Source: a virus. Taken from it: a DNA stretch of 43,471 bases. Below the pieces are notes generated by a model that was not told the origin of the DNA, made no database searches, and saw only the letters and a list, made by a program, of their open reading frames with translations. The translations under genes and the position numbers were made by a program. Positions 41,680 through 43,471 of the stretch are shown here, piece after piece (the stretch's first letter is position 1; each line of letters begins with the position of its first letter). The DNA lies in IMG/VR virus record IMGVR_UViG_3300048916_000050, positions 1 to 43,471 of that record; one strand, given 5' to 3'.

Positions 41680-41703
41680 GCCCCTCAGACAAGGAACAGT
41701 CCA

Positions 41704-42420
41704 ATGGCAGCACAGAACGAAGACACAAGGCTGATCGTCACCTTCGAGAACTTCCCGGTTCTCAATGAGGCCCGGTCGCGTGAAGAAAACCGGCCGATTT
41801 ATGAAGACATGGAAGTTTGCCGCATCCGTATGGGCGGCGATCGGCTTCAAGCCCCCGTTTTTCCCGCTGACGCTGAAGCGTCTGGAGCTGTCGAGAACGA
41901 AGACGGTTATTTCGTGACGATGAAGTACAAGGAAAAATACGCGGAGCAATACCGCAAGTTCAAGGCCGGCGAAGTTCAGACCAAGGACGGTACGCCACTC
42001 GAAGCGTTGACCTTCCTCACGCCGGCTCGCGTCAAGGAGTTCAAGGCGCTCAACATCTATACGGCGGAATCGCTCGCGTCTCTCGAAGGTGCAAGCCTCA
42101 AGTCTCTGGGGCAGGGCGGCCTGGAATGGAAGAAGAAGGCGAAGGCCTACCTCGACAACGCTGCCGGCTCTGCTGTCGTCACACAGCAGGCCAGCAAGAT
42201 CGAATTCCTCGAAAGGCAGATCGAAGAACTCCGCAAGGAGCGTGCGCAGTGGCCAGCGACGGAACGCGTGACCGAAAACCTCGGCTATGGCGATCCCGAT
42301 CAGGACGAGAGCAAGACCGACGCCGAACTCAAGGACGAGATCGAGCAGAAGACCGGCTCACGCCCGAGAGGGAACCCGTCGAGGGAAACATTGATCAAGA
42401 TGCTTCAGGATCTCGGCTAA
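41704..42420 (+). CDS. virion-module protein, function unrecognised
   Basis: 238-aa ORF preceded by the CCCCTCAGACAAGG motif. Confidence 0.6.
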   Translation: MAAQNEDTRLIVTFENFPVLNEARSREENRPIYEDMEVCRIRMGGDRLQAPVFPADAEASGAVENEDGYFVTMKYKEKYAEQYRKFKAGEVQTKDGTPLEALTFLTPARVKEFKALNIYTAESLASLEGASLKSLGQGGLEWKKKAKAYLDNAAGSAVVTQQASKIEFLERQIEELRKERAQWPATERVTENLGYGDPDQDESKTDAELKDEIEQKTGSRPRGNPSRETLIKMLQDLG

Positions 42421-43139
42421 TGAGCTTCCTCACCGCTGCGCAAAGCGCAAGTATCCGTCTCATCGGCAAGAAGCCGACCACGTTTTTCTCCAGTCAGGGG
42501 AAGTTCGAGCTTGAGCTCACGGATCTTGCCAATGAAGTCGCAGCGGACCTGACGAAATATGCCGATTGGCGTACTCTGACCACGCTGAAGACAATGGCGG
42601 GTGACGGTACGACAATCGGCTTCGATCTCCCCTCGGATTTCAGCCGCATGCCGTTCTCGCAAGAGGTCGCACGTGCCAACTGGTACACGTGGGGCTATGT
42701 CGATACGCCGGACCTGAACTTCTGGCGTGATTTGATCAACGGTCTTGCGTCTCCGAGCCCTGGCTATTGGATTATCCTGAACGGCCAGATGCAGTTTCAG
42801 CCGCCAATATCGGCAGGGACGACCGCTCAATATTACTATATCAGCGACAAGGCTATTGTGGCCGTTGATGGCGTCACCAAGAAATCCCTGTTCGACACTG
42901 ACACGGATAGCCTGAAGGTCGGCAACAATGCTCGCGACAATGACCGCCTCTTGACGCTCGGCCTCATCTGGCGTTGGCGTGCGCAGAAGCGCATGGAATA
43001 TGCCGAAGACTTGCAGAACTATGAAATCCTCGCCGCTCAGGTGTCCGGCGCCGATCGTGGCGCGCATATCCTGTCTGCCGGCAATCGTCGCGTTTCATGG
43101 GATAGCCAATGGGCCTATCCGCGCTCCCTCGGAAGCTGA
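42420..43139 (+). CDS. virion-module protein, function unrecognised
   Basis: ATG 42420 overlaps the upstream TAA (TAATG). The ORF-track version from 42126 is an out-of-frame upstream extension. Confidence 0.6.
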   Translation: MSFLTAAQSASIRLIGKKPTTFFSSQGKFELELTDLANEVAADLTKYADWRTLTTLKTMAGDGTTIGFDLPSDFSRMPFSQEVARANWYTWGYVDTPDLNFWRDLINGLASPSPGYWIILNGQMQFQPPISAGTTAQYYYISDKAIVAVDGVTKKSLFDTDTDSLKVGNNARDNDRLLTLGLIWRWRAQKRMEYAEDLQNYEILAAQVSGADRGAHILSAGNRRVSWDSQWAYPRSLGS

Positions 43140-43142
43140 TTG

Positions 43143-43471
43143 ATGCGCAAGCCAGCCCCTCAAACAAAGCCCCGTCTCGCGCGCCTCGCAACCTTCCTGG
43201 CAGCAACGAATGGATGGGTAGCGAACGCCAACCTTGCTTCATCAAACGGTAAGCTGCTCGGCGCCTACAAGCTCCAGAACTATTTCCCGCTAACGACGAG
43301 CATCATCCTTCGGCGCGGCTCGCAGAAATACGCCACGCTCGGCGCCGGCTCGCTTCCGGTCGATTCATTGATGTCCTACAAGAACGGCAACAATATTGCG
43401 CTGTTCGGGGCAACGGCGAACGCCATCTATGACATTACCACGGTCGTAAACCCGAACGTCAGCCCCGCGGC
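43143..43471 (+). CDS. 5' part of a ~605-aa virion (tail/nozzle-like) protein that continues through the circular junction into 24..1616
   Basis: ATG at 43143, 3 nt after the upstream stop. The frame is open to the window end and in frame with TTG 43368 (= position 24). Confidence 0.7.
   Translation, partial: MRKPAPQTKPRLARLATFLAATNGWVANANLASSNGKLLGAYKLQNYFPLTTSIILRRGSQKYATLGAGSLPVDSLMSYKNGNNIALFGATANAIYDITTVVNPNVSPA
43345..43471. repeat. terminal overlap copy 2 (identical to 1-127)
   Basis: Same 127-nt string as the window start. Confidence 0.9.

Larger units (their letters stand above)
1..43471. mobile_element. complete temperate phage genome (podovirus-like), circularly closed 43,344-bp unit
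   Basis: Integrase and attP, repressor switch, early genes, terS-terL-portal-scaffold-capsid, tail fibers and a lysis cassette are all present. The window ends overlap by 127 nt. Confidence 0.9.

Noticed and set aside
42126-42419. Open upstream extension of the 42420 frame, as a possible programmed frameshift fusion with 41704..42420
   Set aside because: The extension is Arg-rich off-frame sequence. A clean TAATG restart at 42420 explains the arrangement, and no slippery heptamer was noticed.
1-43471. CRISPR arrays, rRNA, transposase/IS elements, toxin-antitoxin pairs
   Set aside because: No regularly spaced repeat arrays, transposase motifs or recognisable TA families were seen. The only repeats are the short regulatory, att and cassette repeats listed.

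Overview
The window is one complete, circularly closed temperate phage genome. The unit is 43,344 bp, and nt 1-127 repeat exactly at 43345-43471, inside a structural gene. Gene content looks podovirus-like: large portal, scaffold, capsid, internal ejection proteins and tail fibers, with no tape-measure, sheath or tube genes. Moderately high GC and several protein families suggest an alphaproteobacterial (Rhizobiales-type) host.

Layout:
- 43143 through the junction to 9166 (+): virion, ejection and tail genes, including a GNAT, an S74-chaperone fiber, a glucosaminidase ejection protein and an SGNH esterase.
- 9386-10835 (+): endolysin, holin and overlapped spanins.
- 10835-14267 (+): CE4-deacetylase protein, ATP-grasp protein and a membrane coiled-coil protein.
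- 14254-16223 (-): accessory operon next to attP.
- 16296-16519: attP, consisting of a tRNA 3' fragment plus four arm repeats.
- 16522-23802 (-): integrase and the leftward early operon.
- 24105-25533: immunity region with a CI-like repressor and five GCGGT-N6-ACCG operators at two loci.
- 25534-33206 (+): rightward early/middle genes, including RusA, two of the three homing-endonuclease-like genes, a gamma-class MTase, a DnaA-domain-IV protein and a NusG paralog.
- 33467-33542: tRNA-Asn.
- 34478-43139 (+): terS, terL, portal, scaffold, capsid and further structural genes.

No CRISPR array, rRNA, reverse transcriptase/DGR or recognisable named defence system was seen. The most interesting leads are the operator network with apparently leaderless regulators, the acetyl-ester enzymology of the virion and post-lysis genes, the att-proximal accessory operon with a thrice-repeated gene-start cassette, an i-spanin split by a frameshift in a G tract, antisense morons in the late operon, and short conserved leader motifs near a phage NusG paralog. 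All functional calls come from reading motifs by eye; no database search was run.
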